The notes under the pieces are model-generated. The model searched no databases. It saw only the letters and a list, made by a program, of their open reading frames with translations, and was not told the DNA's origin. A DNA stretch of 64,000 nucleotides from assembly GCA_963713605.1 (NCBI GenBank), contig CAVQMO010000010.1, forward strand, positions 416,001 to 480,000, written 5' to 3'. Within the stretch, counting starts at the first letter, position 1. The number at the start of each line of letters is the position of its first letter. This document shows, piece by piece, positions 1-11,784 of this stretch. Position numbers and translations under genes: made by a program. Source of the DNA: an uncultured Nitrososphaerales archaeon (GTDB taxonomy: Archaea; Thermoproteota; Nitrososphaeria; Nitrososphaerales; Nitrososphaeraceae).

Positions 1-1797
1 TCAGAGAAATAGCATATATTTTGGAAACGGGGATAACCGAAAAAGGCAAAGAAGACCAAAAAACGAAACTAGGTCTAATTTTTAAGATCAGGTCTTATAG
101 AAGGGCGGCAGATGTGATAGAGAACCTCTATCCTGAGATAGATGAATTATATAAGACAGAGAAACTAAACGGGCTTTTAAAATTACCTTCTATTGGTAAA
201 GCTATTGCCTTGAAACTTGAAGAATATATTACTACAGGTAACCTGAGCTATTATGAAGATCTAAAGAAGAAAATTCCGATAAATATTAGCGAATTCATGA
301 ATTTAGAGGGAATAGGACCGAAAACAATCGTAGCGCTTTACAACGTGCTCAAAATTCAAAACATCTCCGAGTTAGAAAGGGCAGCGAATGAAGGCAAAAT
401 TAGGAAAATTCCTGGTTTTTCTCAAAAACGCGAAGAAGTTATTCTGAAAAGAATTCAGTTTCTTAAGAAAGGCAAGGAAAGACGATTAATTGGTGAAATC
501 TACCCGCTTGTTAAGAAAATCGAGGAACGACTTACAAGTATTGCGGGTATTAGAGATGCCATAGCAGCTGGCTCTTTTAGAAGGATGAAGGAAACAGTGG
601 GAGACATAGACTTCTTGGTTTCGGTAGCAGAAAGATCCGACAGTACTACTAAAGCCAAAATAATTGATTATTTTACGAGAATGCCTGAGGTTAGAGAAAT
701 AATCGGCAAAGGATCAGCCAAAGCATTCGTAAAGCTCAGAAATGGGGTACAGGCAGATCTGTTGGTAGTCCCTGAAGATAGCTTCGGTGCAGCACTTCAG
801 TATTTCACAGGAAGCAAAGAACACGGCGTAGCATTGCGGAAAGTAGCTCTATCAAGAGGTTCTAAGTTAAGCGAGTGGGGAGTATTTGATGGTAACAATC
901 ATAGAGTTGCGGGCCGAACGGAAGAAGAAGTATATCAATTCTTAGGCCTGGAATGGGTTCCTCCGGAAATTCGAGAAAATAAAGGAGAGATTGAGCTCGC
1001 AGCTAAAAAGAAAGGCAATCTTCGCAAGAAGGAAAGTAAAAAGACAGAAGCAAACCTACCTCAATTAATCGATTATAACGATCTGCAGGGAGATCTTCAA
1101 GTTCACAGCAACTATACTGACGGAGCTTTCTCAATAGAAGAAATGGCACAAAATGCAAGGGTTAGGTTTGGATTGAAATACATAGCTTTATCGGATCACA
1201 CGAAGAGCCTCAAGTTAGCCAATGGACTTGATGAGCAACAATTAATCGAACAGTCAAATAAGATTGCTGAAATCAATGATGAAAATAAGGAGACAGGTTT
1301 TCGTATACTTTCAGGCGCTGAGGTAAATATTCAAAAAGATGGATCGCTTGATATTCCCAATAATGTACTGGACAGGCTGGACATCGTAGGGGCTGCCATT
1401 CATTCTAATTTTTCCTTACCGATTGATATGCAAACTAATAGATTGATAGAAGCAGCCAAAAATCCAAGCGTCGACATTATTTTTCATCCTACCGGCAGAA
1501 TAATCAATAGACGGGACGGGTATCCCGTAGATATTGCCCGGCTGATCGAGACTGCAAGGGACACAAAAACTGTTCTTGAAATAGACGCACATTATAATAG
1601 ACTTGATCTCAAAGATGAGGTACATACGGATGGCCGTCGACAACGATGCAAATCTCGTAATCGATTCAGATGCCCACCATCCTCTACATTTTGCTTTCTT
1701 GAGATTTGGCATCGGTCAGGCAAGAAGAGGGTGGGCAGAGAAACCGCGTATCCTGAATGCTCTACCCGTTCGTCAGCTGCTAGATAGTTTAAAGTAA
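1..1797 (+). CDS. polX: DNA polymerase X family with C-terminal PHP domain (5' end outside window; frameshift near 1620)
   Basis: HhH motifs (LPSIGKAIA, LEGIGPKT, IPGFSQK); palm GSFRRMKETVGDIDFLV plus third Asp in QADLL; LQYFTGSKEH. PHP motifs DLQVHS..TDG, SDH, HPTGR, RLDL, with DSDAH in the continuing frame 1603..1797. Frame is open back to the window edge (REIAYILE). Confidence 0.95.
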
Positions 1798-2011
1798 TAT
1801 TAGATCACTTGAACTTCATGTGTGTAATTGAAATTTTATTGGGTCTATCTTTGAAGTACTGTCAAAAGGAAGTTTAAATTTTAGGAGGTAAGAATCCAAC
1901 CTTCCATTACGGAGTCGATCTGGCTTGATCCTTGAATTCAACGCACTATTGCCTTCTTAACACTGTATTGAAGAAACAGGCAAACCAATTTGTATACTCT
2001 TTAGAAAAAGG

Positions 2012-2880
2012 TCATCCATACATAACATTTTCTTCATTTTGACCTCTCTCGTTTTCATTCATCGATTTCTGCTGATTGCGCATGGATCTTGCAATTTTTT
2101 CAAGATTCTTCTTGACCTGGTTTCCTTGTTCTCTTAACTTGGAGACATCAATTTTCAATTCAACGAACCTTGTTATTTTTGCAAGTGTATCAAGAATTAT
2201 AGCAGCACCTTCAGGATCTGGAATGCCACTTAACGATGGGACAAGAACAGCACTACATGGGATATTGTTGGAAATACAGGAAGATAACAAGCCGCCAGAA
2301 ATTCCGCCAATATATGTAGGACCTAAATTGTCAGAGGTAGTATCATTGTACTGTGATACGGTTTCATTACCGTTTTCTTCTTGGCTTTTTTTACTCGATT
2401 GCTTTAGCTCATTCAGTTTATTGATTAGAGTATGATCCTCTTCAGTGTTTGATAGTATGAATGGATTCCTTTTGGATTGCGGTATGCCTTGCATTGGCAT
2501 CCCTTCTAAAACTAGTACCTTGGTTACATTACTGTCCAATGCCCACTTCATCACAGCATCGAGGACGCGATGAATGCCTTGAACCAGTATCGGAGTTTCA
2601 CAAACAAGGACACAAATAGTCCCTTCATTATTAGCGTACAGTCTAAAGGGGTGCCTTAGTTTTCCTCCAACATAGATTACACCTGGCATAATGAATTCTG
2701 ATTCGACGCATGCTATCTGTCGCATCCTTAAAGATTCTATAATGAAACTTGTACTGAATAGAGCCAATAAGGCCAGGACCAGGAAATCCTGCAATAAGAA
2801 GTGGATTATTCAGCTTTACCGGTCCTTCTTTTCTTGAGATTGTTGAGTTTATTTCCGTGTTATGCCAGTTACCACCTATA
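2012..2880 (-). CDS. PAC2-family proteasome assembly chaperone (frameshift near 2756; start approximate)
   Basis: LNNPLLIAGFPGPGLIGSI (ORF 2643..3116) joins STSFIIESL...HPFRLY...GGISGGLL...PDPEGAA (ORF 2012..2794). Confidence 0.85.
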
Positions 2881-3142
2881 GGTCCGACGCGTGAACTGTC
2901 CCTGGCTGAATTAATCGCACGCAGGCCGTAATTTAGTCGTTGATTAACCTTGTGAGTGTTATTACTTTTCTTATTTTGTACCAATAACGATGTATTAACC
3001 TTCAAGATTGATAATTGTTTTCGTATCTGAATCCGATACGAACTCAACGGGTGTATGCTGAATCGAAATGGGACTTTAACTGCAATTTTCCTATTAAGCC
3101 ATAGATAATTTCGCAAGCCAGATTAGCCCAAACAACAGGTAT

Positions 3143-3925
3143 CTAGCTCTGCTCACCTTGGACAGTTGCTGTAAACCTTACTGATTCATTAGAACCGGGA
3201 GTTAATGGGGACTTAATATCATCTACTGTGATCGTTATTCCACCGCTATAATTAGGATCTAACATAACCCTCATAGGAGCTCTGCCTGCAGTCAAAGTTT
3301 GATCCATTTTGTTCCACAATTCATTCCCTTTATCGTCATAAATTGTTATGTCAAAACTATCTACCGGCATTATGGGCTCTACCGTAGAGAGATTGGATAC
3401 CTCGCTAGTGATTGATCGCTCGAAATCCATGGTCAGATTACTGTTATTGCCCTGCATCGTCTGAGGAGTTGCTTCTGGTGAGCTAGCATTTAGAAACAAT
3501 AATTCCATATCGAAACCGTCTTTTGATAGGATAGCTGGGGACTGAATATCCACAGGCGAGCTCCAGCGAAGCTCTACCTTGTAAGTACCTTTGTCAGACA
3601 CCTCTGTTATGATAGGTAGTCTAGGTGAACTGGTCAGATTCTCGGTAGTTCCCGAGCTGTTCTCTTGCCCTAAGTCTCCCGGCTCATTCGTCTGGCTCAT
3701 AGAACTTGATAAGTTAATGTTACTGTTGTTCAACGATTTATCGCCCGTAGTGTCCTCCTGAGCTAATAAGGAAGTCGTGTAGCCTAACTGATTGACTGTT
3801 ACCGCAGTAATCACAACATACAGCGCGATAAAAAAGGAACACTTTAGACATTTAATAAGCGACAGAAACGGGTATTTGACGGGCCAATTTGCAGCAATAT
3901 CATCGTTTAAGCCGATTTTTGACAT
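3143..3925 (-). CDS. Secreted/membrane-anchored hypothetical protein
   Basis: N-terminal hydrophobic segment, S/T/N-rich linker, beta-rich C-terminal domain. Confidence 0.7.
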   Translation of the reverse strand: MSKIGLNDDIAANWPVKYPFLSLIKCLKCSFFIALYVVITAVTVNQLGYTTSLLAQEDTTGDKSLNNSNINLSSSMSQTNEPGDLGQENSSGTTENLTSSPRLPIITEVSDKGTYKVELRWSSPVDIQSPAILSKDGFDMELLFLNASSPEATPQTMQGNNSNLTMDFERSITSEVSNLSTVEPIMPVDSFDITIYDDKGNELWNKMDQTLTAGRAPMRVMLDPNYSGGITITVDDIKSPLTPGSNESVRFTATVQGEQS

Positions 3926-4543
3926 GTTAAAATATTTTTAGCACAATAGGATATAACCATTTATTATCTTTGATCTCTTTCCTCTTCTCTCTCGGAAGAA
4001 TCGATCCTCAAGATATCGCGGCAACTAAATATCTGAAGTTACGTTTAGGCATAAATCTGCATATCCGTAACCCTAGTCAAATCTCAATTTAATTACTGAA
4101 ATTTCAAAGTTATATGCTCCGCCTATTCTTTGCCTCGTAACGCTAATCTTCTGCACTCAGCATTTCGTACGAAAGTGTCTGTACAATTCATATATTCAAT
4201 ACTTCCAACGCTCTCCTATACCCCTCTCTCGAAGTGCTTATGTTGAACAAGATCGTCCTGATTTTAACACTGCTTTCCACACATGTCACAGGTAAACAGT
4301 TTCATAGCTGTAAAGTAAATAGTGAGCGATTAATGTAGGGTAGACGGGCGGAAATGCTACGTCGGAGAAGACCTAATATTTATTACCTACAGCAAGATCT
4401 TACAATTATACATTGACTCAAAATTAATTTTGCTCATTACTCTTGATTCTTCCCTATCAGCCTAGAATCATAAAAGCTCACGAAAGAGATCTCTTCATGC
4501 GCTTCTACAGGACGCTTAGACACGATGAACTTCACGATATAGT

Positions 4544-5407
4544 TTAATCATTCCTTCTGTTACTCCTTGAAGAAGATGATGGTCGCTCCAAACTTGCCTT
4601 CAAAGCTGATATCAAATCTTGTGCTTGCTGAGGCTCCTTGGTTACTTGTCTAACCACGCGGACCTTCCCTTTTGCCTTTGCATTTATTAGCTTTTCTAAT
4701 TCTTCTGTATATTCATCATGGTAACGGGAAATATCAAAATCTTTAGTCGTTAAGTTTTCTACTAACAAATGGCCTAAGGATCTTTCTTTTTCGTCAATCG
4801 AAGGAACTTTGGTCTCTGATATCTCCGTGATTGCCTCAAGAGGTTTTAATTCACTCAAGTAGTGAAGTGTGTGCAGGACAAGTCCCCTTTGATAGGCTCT
4901 TATAGCAACTAAGTGCTCTTTTTCCCCCCTTAAGACTACCTTACCGATTGCAGCCTTTTTTGTATCATGTAAAACTTTCACTAGCAGGGAATAAGCTTTG
5001 TCTTGAACGGCTGGTGCAGAATTGCCCTTTAACTTCTTTCTCCCTCTCTTATCCGTTGAGTCAGGCGCTATGTAATAGCTCTTCTCTACAAACAATGGGT
5101 CAAGCTCTTGTTCATCGATAAATTCTTTAATATCTATGGTCCTTGTGCTTTCGACAGCAATTTTTTCTAAATCTTGTTTTTCAATTACTACATACTGGTC
5201 CTTGGCGATTTCATATCCTTTCTTTATTTCAGAATATGCTACTTCCCTTTCTTCGACTGGACACCATTTCTTATATTGTATTCTATGTCCTTCTTTATCA
5301 AGCTGATTAAATGAAAAATCTTTTGAGGTATCGATTGTAGTGTAAAGCCTAACAGGTACATTGACTAATCCAAACGATATGCTGCCTGTCCATATAGTGG
5401 AGACCAT
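4544..5407 (-). CDS. ku: Prokaryotic Ku DNA end-binding protein
   Basis: IWTGSISFGLVNVPVRLY, RIQYKKWCP, EIKKGYE, TIDIKEF, SYYIAP, AAIGKVVLR, DEYTEELEKLINAK, DLISALKASL. ATG at 5407. Confidence 0.96.
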   Translation of the reverse strand: MVSTIWTGSISFGLVNVPVRLYTTIDTSKDFSFNQLDKEGHRIQYKKWCPVEEREVAYSEIKKGYEIAKDQYVVIEKQDLEKIAVESTRTIDIKEFIDEQELDPLFVEKSYYIAPDSTDKRGRKKLKGNSAPAVQDKAYSLLVKVLHDTKKAAIGKVVLRGEKEHLVAIRAYQRGLVLHTLHYLSELKPLEAITEISETKVPSIDEKERSLGHLLVENLTTKDFDISRYHDEYTEELEKLINAKAKGKVRVVRQVTKEPQQAQDLISALKASLERPSSSSRSNRRND

Positions 5408-5707
5408 TAGGATCAAATTAATTTGATTCTTAAGTTTAATAAATTCAGCTGTACATTTCTAGGGTTCTTCCCTCAGAGGATGAAATTGCAGAAAAATGAT
5501 TACACCTGATCTTTGATAACAAAGTTACGGAAAAATATTACTGAGATCCAAAGCATGACTTCAGATAATACCTGTGCTAGGAAACGTTGCCAGAATGGCA
5601 GTTCAAAATCATATACCCCATAGCTAGCTAGCGATTGAGCTCGGGGCCATCTCATAAGTTGAAATTATTAAATAGTATAAGTAGCAAGGACCAGCTGATC
5701 AACGTAG

Positions 5708-6208
5708 ATGTATGAAGATGCCTATGTTTATGATTCGGTTGGGAAAAAGATTGGTAAGGTCTCTAGGGTTATTAATTCAGATTATATCATAGTAAGAAAA
5801 AAAGGACTAATATCAGACGAAGAATTTCAGATACCAGTTGCTTGTGTCTCCCATTTCAATTCATCGGAAGATCATCTCTCTATCACTCTAACCATAGACC
5901 AATCGTGTCTAAAGCATGGGTTTGAGGTAATCAGTGGAGGTAGTGGCGGTGCAATTCCTTCTGCTCACGAGCCGGAGCTTATCCCAACTTCGAAGGAAAC
6001 TATACGTTACACAGTGGATGAAACACAACATGGTAACAACCAATCCAGTCTAAATGATACTAGCTTTACCAATTCCTCATCTTACATGGTTGATCGGTTG
6101 CCTCAAGATTCATCTTTCATATGTGATATGTGTTCGAAAAGACTTGACAATCAAGAAAAATTGCAAGCACATCGTGAGTTGGAGCATAATACTGCCACAG
6201 ATGTGTAA
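5708..6208 (+). CDS. PRC-barrel/DUF2171-like domain plus C-terminal C2H2 zinc finger
   Basis: VYDSVGKKIGKVSRV..DYIIV...EFQIP; C-terminal FICDMC...LQAHRELEH. Confidence 0.7.
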   Translation: MYEDAYVYDSVGKKIGKVSRVINSDYIIVRKKGLISDEEFQIPVACVSHFNSSEDHLSITLTIDQSCLKHGFEVISGGSGGAIPSAHEPELIPTSKETIRYTVDETQHGNNQSSLNDTSFTNSSSYMVDRLPQDSSFICDMCSKRLDNQEKLQAHRELEHNTATDV

Positions 6209-6499
6209 TTTGCAGATATCAAGGAACCAAGTCAGTAATAATTGAAGCTTTGATTATCAATGGATATCATAGTGGCTGTCTGCTGTTGCCACTGACTAAC
6301 TGATTGGTGACGAGGGACGATTTGCTCTTCCATTGGTATTTTAGCAAGCATTTTTTACCATGCTTAATATAGTATTGACTCGAAAAATATACTATTTTCT
6401 TCCATGTTTAGCTATTTAGATTTGGTAGAATTTTTCTTTCCTCTCTAGGACTGATAACATAACTAATATGGGTGTTATCTCAAGCAACCTTAAACTATT

Positions 6500-7367
6500 A
6501 TGCCTGCTAGACTCATTGACGGAAATGCTGTTTCTGCGACTATAAGGTCCAGGCTTACAAATAGTGTTAGCGAGTTAAAGGAGAAAGGGATCTCGCCCTG
6601 TCTGGCTACAATTCTCGTAGGCAATGATCCCGCCTCTGCCGTTTATGTACAAAACAAGCAGAAGGCAGCCAAGGAGGTCGGACTAGTCACCCAAGATTAT
6701 CGGTTAAAAGAAGATCTGCAACAGAATGAGTTGGCAATTCTAATCGATACTTTGAACAACGACTCTCGTGTCCATGGAATTTTAGTGCGAGCTACCCCTT
6801 CCAAAACATATTAACGAATTCGATATAATTAACAAAATCTCGCAAAGAAAAGATGTCGATGGATTGACCTCGATTAATTCAGGTTTACTACTGCATGGCC
6901 AGGCTTCGCTGAAACCATGTACTCCATCTGGGATTATAGAATTGTTGGACTATTATGATATTGTGATTAGGTCTCAGAATGTAATATTAGTAAACAGATC
7001 CATCCTTGTAGGAAAGCCTCTAGCTTTGCTTATGCTTGAGCGTGATGCAACAGTTACAATATGTCATTCGAAATCAGTAAATTTAAATCGTCTCTTGTTA
7101 CAATCAGATATAATAATTACTGCTGTTGGGGACAGAAATAAATTCGTTCTTAAACCTGAAATGATCAAAGAAAAAGCCGTTGTAATAGATGTAGGAACTA
7201 ATAGACAATCCGGTCAATTACTCGGGGATGTGGACTTTGAATCTGTCAAAGAAAAAGCCTCTTGGATCACTCCCGTTCCAGGAGGAGTAGGTCCAATGAC
7301 CATAGCTATGCTTTTGAGTAACACCGTAACGGCTGCGCTAAATTCTGAATCTGTATCACCCGTTTAG
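6500..7367 (+). CDS. folD: Methylenetetrahydrofolate dehydrogenase/cyclohydrolase (frameshift near 6789)
   Basis: LATILVGNDPASAVYV..K. Removing one G restores HGILVQLPLP. Also KDVDG, PCTPSG, DATVTICHS, ITPVPGGVGPMTIAML. Confidence 0.96.
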
Positions 7368-7782
7368 CCTGCAATCTGCATAAACTATTCAGCAAAAGTG
7401 TCCTCCCTCCCCTCAGACTTTTATAAATGCCCTTTAAGCGAATGCAATAAATATCATTTTTCAGAGGGATTAAAATTTTGCCAAAAGTTTATCTCCATAT
7501 TCTGCTCAACATATTACTCAATCGAAAGAACAAAAAATTGGAGAGCGACTGGCCAATATTCTTCTGCTAGACGTATTAACGAAGATTAACTGATCGCTCC
7601 ATTTCATTTTCAGTTATTAATTCTAAAATTCTGATTGCTTCCTGCAGGTATGAGGCATATAGATGATAAACTATTCTGTAAATAGTCAACCGAAAACTAC
7701 TATCATAAATATAGAGCCGCCATAAGTTCTCCTAACTGAGTGTGAACTCAGAACGACGATTGATGTAACAGAAATTCTTACG

Positions 7783-8472
7783 GTGCTTGCTATAACCGCA
7801 TTTGCAGGTGGTACCTCCTTTGTCGGTGCTTTGATAGCACGAAAAAGAAATTTCTCTGAACAACAGGTGTTATTTTTCACGGCGTTTGGAGCAGGCATCC
7901 TGATGGCTGCAGCAGTATTTGAAATGGTCATAGAGGCTGAAACAGAACTAGGCATCGTAATTACAATATTGGCATTTTTGGGAGGAGCTATTATTTTCAC
8001 ATTAGCCGACATCATTGCAGAAAAAAAAGGTGGTGGAGCTGGGATATTGCTTGGTATCGGACTGGATTCAATACCAGAATCCCTCGCCATAGGAGCATCC
8101 ATTGCGGCTGCTGGTCCTGCAATGGCACTAGCGATTTTAATCGGAATACAGAATGTTCCGGAAGGTATTGCATCATATCGAGAAATGATGACTGGAAAGA
8201 CTGCATTCAATAATAATCCAAGGAAGGCACTCACTGCAATAGGTGTTGTATCTATAATTCCGATATTCCTTGGACTAGTGGGACTATTCTATTTGCAAGG
8301 TATGGCAGATATTATTGCTATCATCTTGGCTCTGTCCGCAGGGGGTATTTTCTATATGCTTTACTATGATATGATACCAAAAGCCCATAAAGATCGAAAG
8401 TGGCTGCCAACATTCGGCGCTGTTTTGGGTTTTATCATTGGATTTGCTATTGTAAGAACTATAGGAGGCTAG
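7783..8472 (+). CDS. ZIP (ZupT/GufA-like) divalent metal transporter
   Basis: About 7-8 hydrophobic helices; FGAGIL, LDSIPESLAIG, IQNVPEG, SAGGIFYM, MIPKAH. Confidence 0.85.
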   Translation: MLAITAFAGGTSFVGALIARKRNFSEQQVLFFTAFGAGILMAAAVFEMVIEAETELGIVITILAFLGGAIIFTLADIIAEKKGGGAGILLGIGLDSIPESLAIGASIAAAGPAMALAILIGIQNVPEGIASYREMMTGKTAFNNNPRKALTAIGVVSIIPIFLGLVGLFYLQGMADIIAIILALSAGGIFYMLYYDMIPKAHKDRKWLPTFGAVLGFIIGFAIVRTIGG

Positions 8473-8811
8473 TGCTCTTTGAAAAGGGAATTCCATAACC
8501 GCCTTCTCAATTAACCAGTATATACCTTCAAAGATGCAATGGACCTCGTTCGGGTGTTTCTGTGTCCCCAATTAAGTGCCATAATAGATTATACTCTGCC
8601 TAATCCTATTTTGTTTATTAGGCAACAGTCATCAATTCGGCCTCAATGAAGGTACAAATGCAGTTTGAAGACTCAAATTGCTATATTCATACTCAAAGAA
8701 ATCTCAATTCGAATCTTACAAACCTGCAAGCAAATCTACATTGGTTCTTCATTTAAGCCGAAGTTACAAAGTTGTGATTTATGAAAAAAAAAGTAAGGTA
8801 AAGTAATAAGG

Positions 8812-9951
8812 TTGACTCTCGTAGCCGTTGTTAGATTTGTATTGGAAAAACAACAAGAATCAATATCATATGATAGCTATGTCAACCGATTGCAACAATT
8901 ATTGGATTCTAAAAAGATTACAATTGAACACTTCGACCATTTCAAATCAAGAGGCATCGAAATTATTCGTCCCTTAAAAGATTTCGGTTTGAGCTCTCTT
9001 GGCCGTGCATTGCCAGAAATTGTGATAGGAGCCTCATATGATTTTATTAAAAGAATGAAGATTCCATACCAAGCGACTAGCTTCTTGGTTGCAAATACTA
9101 AATCTAACATGAATGGATGGTACGTGTACAAAATTCCTGAACAGCCTAAGGGTGGACTCATTCTTTTGAGCGGGGGTAAAAGAAGGCTTGGTGATAATAT
9201 TTTTGCTTCCACACATAGAATAATCTTGGGGAGAAAAGCGATTCTAGTCAGTGCAATTAATTTAATGACTAATAAGAATAATATCTGGAATTGGCATTTT
9301 TTTGGGGATCATTTAAAGCAGGACAATGAATCACTGTATAATGATCTGGTAAAACTCGAGACCATTTTGAATCGTAATGATGACTCCCCTGACAACATGA
9401 AAAGAAATAGCCCCCATTACTACATAATAATCGCGAGATCGGAATCAACTTTTAAGAAATTAGAAATCGTTGGGAACTATTTGCAAAATAAAATTGCAGT
9501 TTTGAACCCTGAGAATAACATACACACGATTTTTGTTACTAATAAATCTGGATCTGACTTCGCTTCAAAAAGAATTGAGGAATCAAGTTTGGTTAGTTAT
9601 ATTGCTACAGGAGAAAACTTTAATCTGTATCAAGGAATGCAAGTACTAAAGCGAAAGTATGGGATTGACATGATACTAAATGACGGCGGACGTATAATGT
9701 CAGATGGAGTTAGGGGGGAAGGACTTTTGGGTGAAGAGAGAATGTCTTTAGAACCATTCCCTGGTGAGGATATCTTTCCTCCGGACAAGTACATCGATCC
9801 TACAACAGTAGCTGGATCACAAGGTCTAGGTTTAGACGGTAGTGAGATAGAAGGATCCATCTTATTACACTCAATCGACATTGAGGATGAGAAATTGAAC
9901 GTATATATTTACCCCTTGGAGGAACGTAAAGTACTGCAAAGTCAAGGATGA
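8812..9951 (+). CDS. Hypothetical protein with divergent RibD-C/DHFR-like reductase features
   Basis: Long clean ORF. FLVANTKSNMNG, AILVSAINL and LKRKYGIDMILNDGG resemble RibD-C motifs in the expected order. Confidence 0.5.
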   Translation: MTLVAVVRFVLEKQQESISYDSYVNRLQQLLDSKKITIEHFDHFKSRGIEIIRPLKDFGLSSLGRALPEIVIGASYDFIKRMKIPYQATSFLVANTKSNMNGWYVYKIPEQPKGGLILLSGGKRRLGDNIFASTHRIILGRKAILVSAINLMTNKNNIWNWHFFGDHLKQDNESLYNDLVKLETILNRNDDSPDNMKRNSPHYYIIIARSESTFKKLEIVGNYLQNKIAVLNPENNIHTIFVTNKSGSDFASKRIEESSLVSYIATGENFNLYQGMQVLKRKYGIDMILNDGGRIMSDGVRGEGLLGEERMSLEPFPGEDIFPPDKYIDPTTVAGSQGLGLDGSEIEGSILLHSIDIEDEKLNVYIYPLEERKVLQSQG

Positions 9952-10327
9952 AGATCTATTGAAAGTATTAGGTAATCTAGATTATGGTATTAAATAACAA
10001 AATTCTGGTCGAATTTCCTCCCTATCCCTCAGCCCAAAATTGCTCTTGACTATTGTTTTTCGACCTTAATTACAGTAATTAGAGCTATATGGAAGACAAG
10101 CTTTTGATAAATGGAAGACTTTCCTCAGTCTTCAGTCATCTATGTGGACGTTTTAGTATCCTATTAACTCAAGATCAAACGCATTGGGAACATTGAAGAT
10201 TTGATATATGTCGTACAGTCAGAATGTTTGTGCTATTGTCTTCAAAACCACTATTTGTAGGCCGAATAACAAGAAATGAGAAAGGATGATAAAACTAATG
10301 AATAGAACTAAACAGAGGATTAAATAT

Positions 10328-11621
10328 ATGAAAAGGAAGAAACTTAACGATACCAGTGTTAGCCCAACCATGGATAATCATAACACTATTGAAAACGTAC
10401 TGAGTACTTCAAGGCGGCGGATCTTTGGGGGCTTTTAGCTGTGGAGTATTCAAAGCTATCGCAAAGTACAATATCAAAATAGATATTATTGCAGGTACTT
10501 CTATTGGTGGCATAAACGCTGCGATTATAGCTGGAAGCAAAGATGAAAAACACCCAGAAGAAGCATTGGAGCGCTTCTGGTTAGAGTTATCAGAGAGCTT
10601 TGTGGACTTGGATCAAATAGTGCCTCCTCCTTCAATTTCTGTCCCGGAATTTGTGGAAAAGTCGCTTCTACTCCCGTCTAAGTATTTGTATAGTGGTAAT
10701 GTCTCATCCTCGACCCCCATCGCAAAAGATAACCTATCAAGACTGGATGACCGCGAAAATAATATAAAGATGAGGCAAATTCGATCCTTCTACAGCTCGG
10801 CCATATTTGGGAATGAGAAAATGTTTAGACCAAGATGGAGGCAGGAAACTGCTCTATCAGATCCAGAGTTTTTCACGCCACAAAACTGGACTTATATGTA
10901 TGACCATACTCCCCTGGTGAAAACCTTAGAAAACTATATCGACTACGATAAATTAAGACCCGACGGAAATCCTAACTCACGTTTGATATTAACAGCAGTA
11001 AATATCCTAAATGCAGAACCTTTAACATTTGACAGTTCAAAGGAACAAATAACACCTAAGCACATACTTGCCACTTCAGCTTACCCTTTATACAACTTTC
11101 GTTGGGTGGAGGTCAAAGAAGGAATATATTCCTGGGATGGAAGTCTGCTTAGTAATACTCCGTTAAGGGAGGTAATAGATGCTTCACCTGTAAATAACAA
11201 GCGGATATTTATTGTTGAAAATTATCCAAAAAAAGTTGATCAGCTCCCGAAGAACTTGCCTGAAGTCTATCATAGAGCAAGAGATATTATATTTTCAGAT
11301 AAAACCGAGCATAATGTAACAATGTCAAAAGTAATTACGATGTACCTAAAGTACATCGACGAACTCTACCAAATGATCGAAGATCATATCGATTTGTCAA
11401 AAATCGATCAAGAACAACTCAAAAAAATTCGCCATAAATATGAGAAGATCAAGCGTGAGCGTGGAGCTGAAATAAAGGATATCTTGTACATAACACGCGA
11501 TGAACCTTTCCCCCATATCTACGAGAATGCAGATTTCTCTCCCCAAACGATAAAAGCTTCGATCAGAGAGGGCGAGATGAAGACTCTTAAAATGTTAAAA
11601 AGGCGGGCGAATCGAAGCTAA
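10328..11621 (+). CDS. Patatin-like phospholipase (frameshift near 10403)
   Basis: Removing one A gives ENVLVLQGGGSLGAF. Nucleophile motif GTSIG; WDGSLLSNTPL. In-frame ATGs at 10328 and 10370. Confidence 0.9.
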
Positions 11622-11784
11622 AAGAGCGTATAGTATGAATGAAATGGATGCGATTCTATCGTTAATGATTTATTTCTCTGCTCTTGCCTGAATTTCATCT
11701 CATTTCTTGATACCCCCTAGTTTAGAAAATTAATCGTCAAACGGCTCGGAATTCTTTTTTATGGTGCTAAGCTGTTTGACTCAT

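Noticed and set aside
1090..1125. PHP motif DLQVH has Gln in place of the first His
   Set aside because: This variant is known in active PolX-PHP enzymes such as Thermus PolX, so it is not evidence of inactivation.
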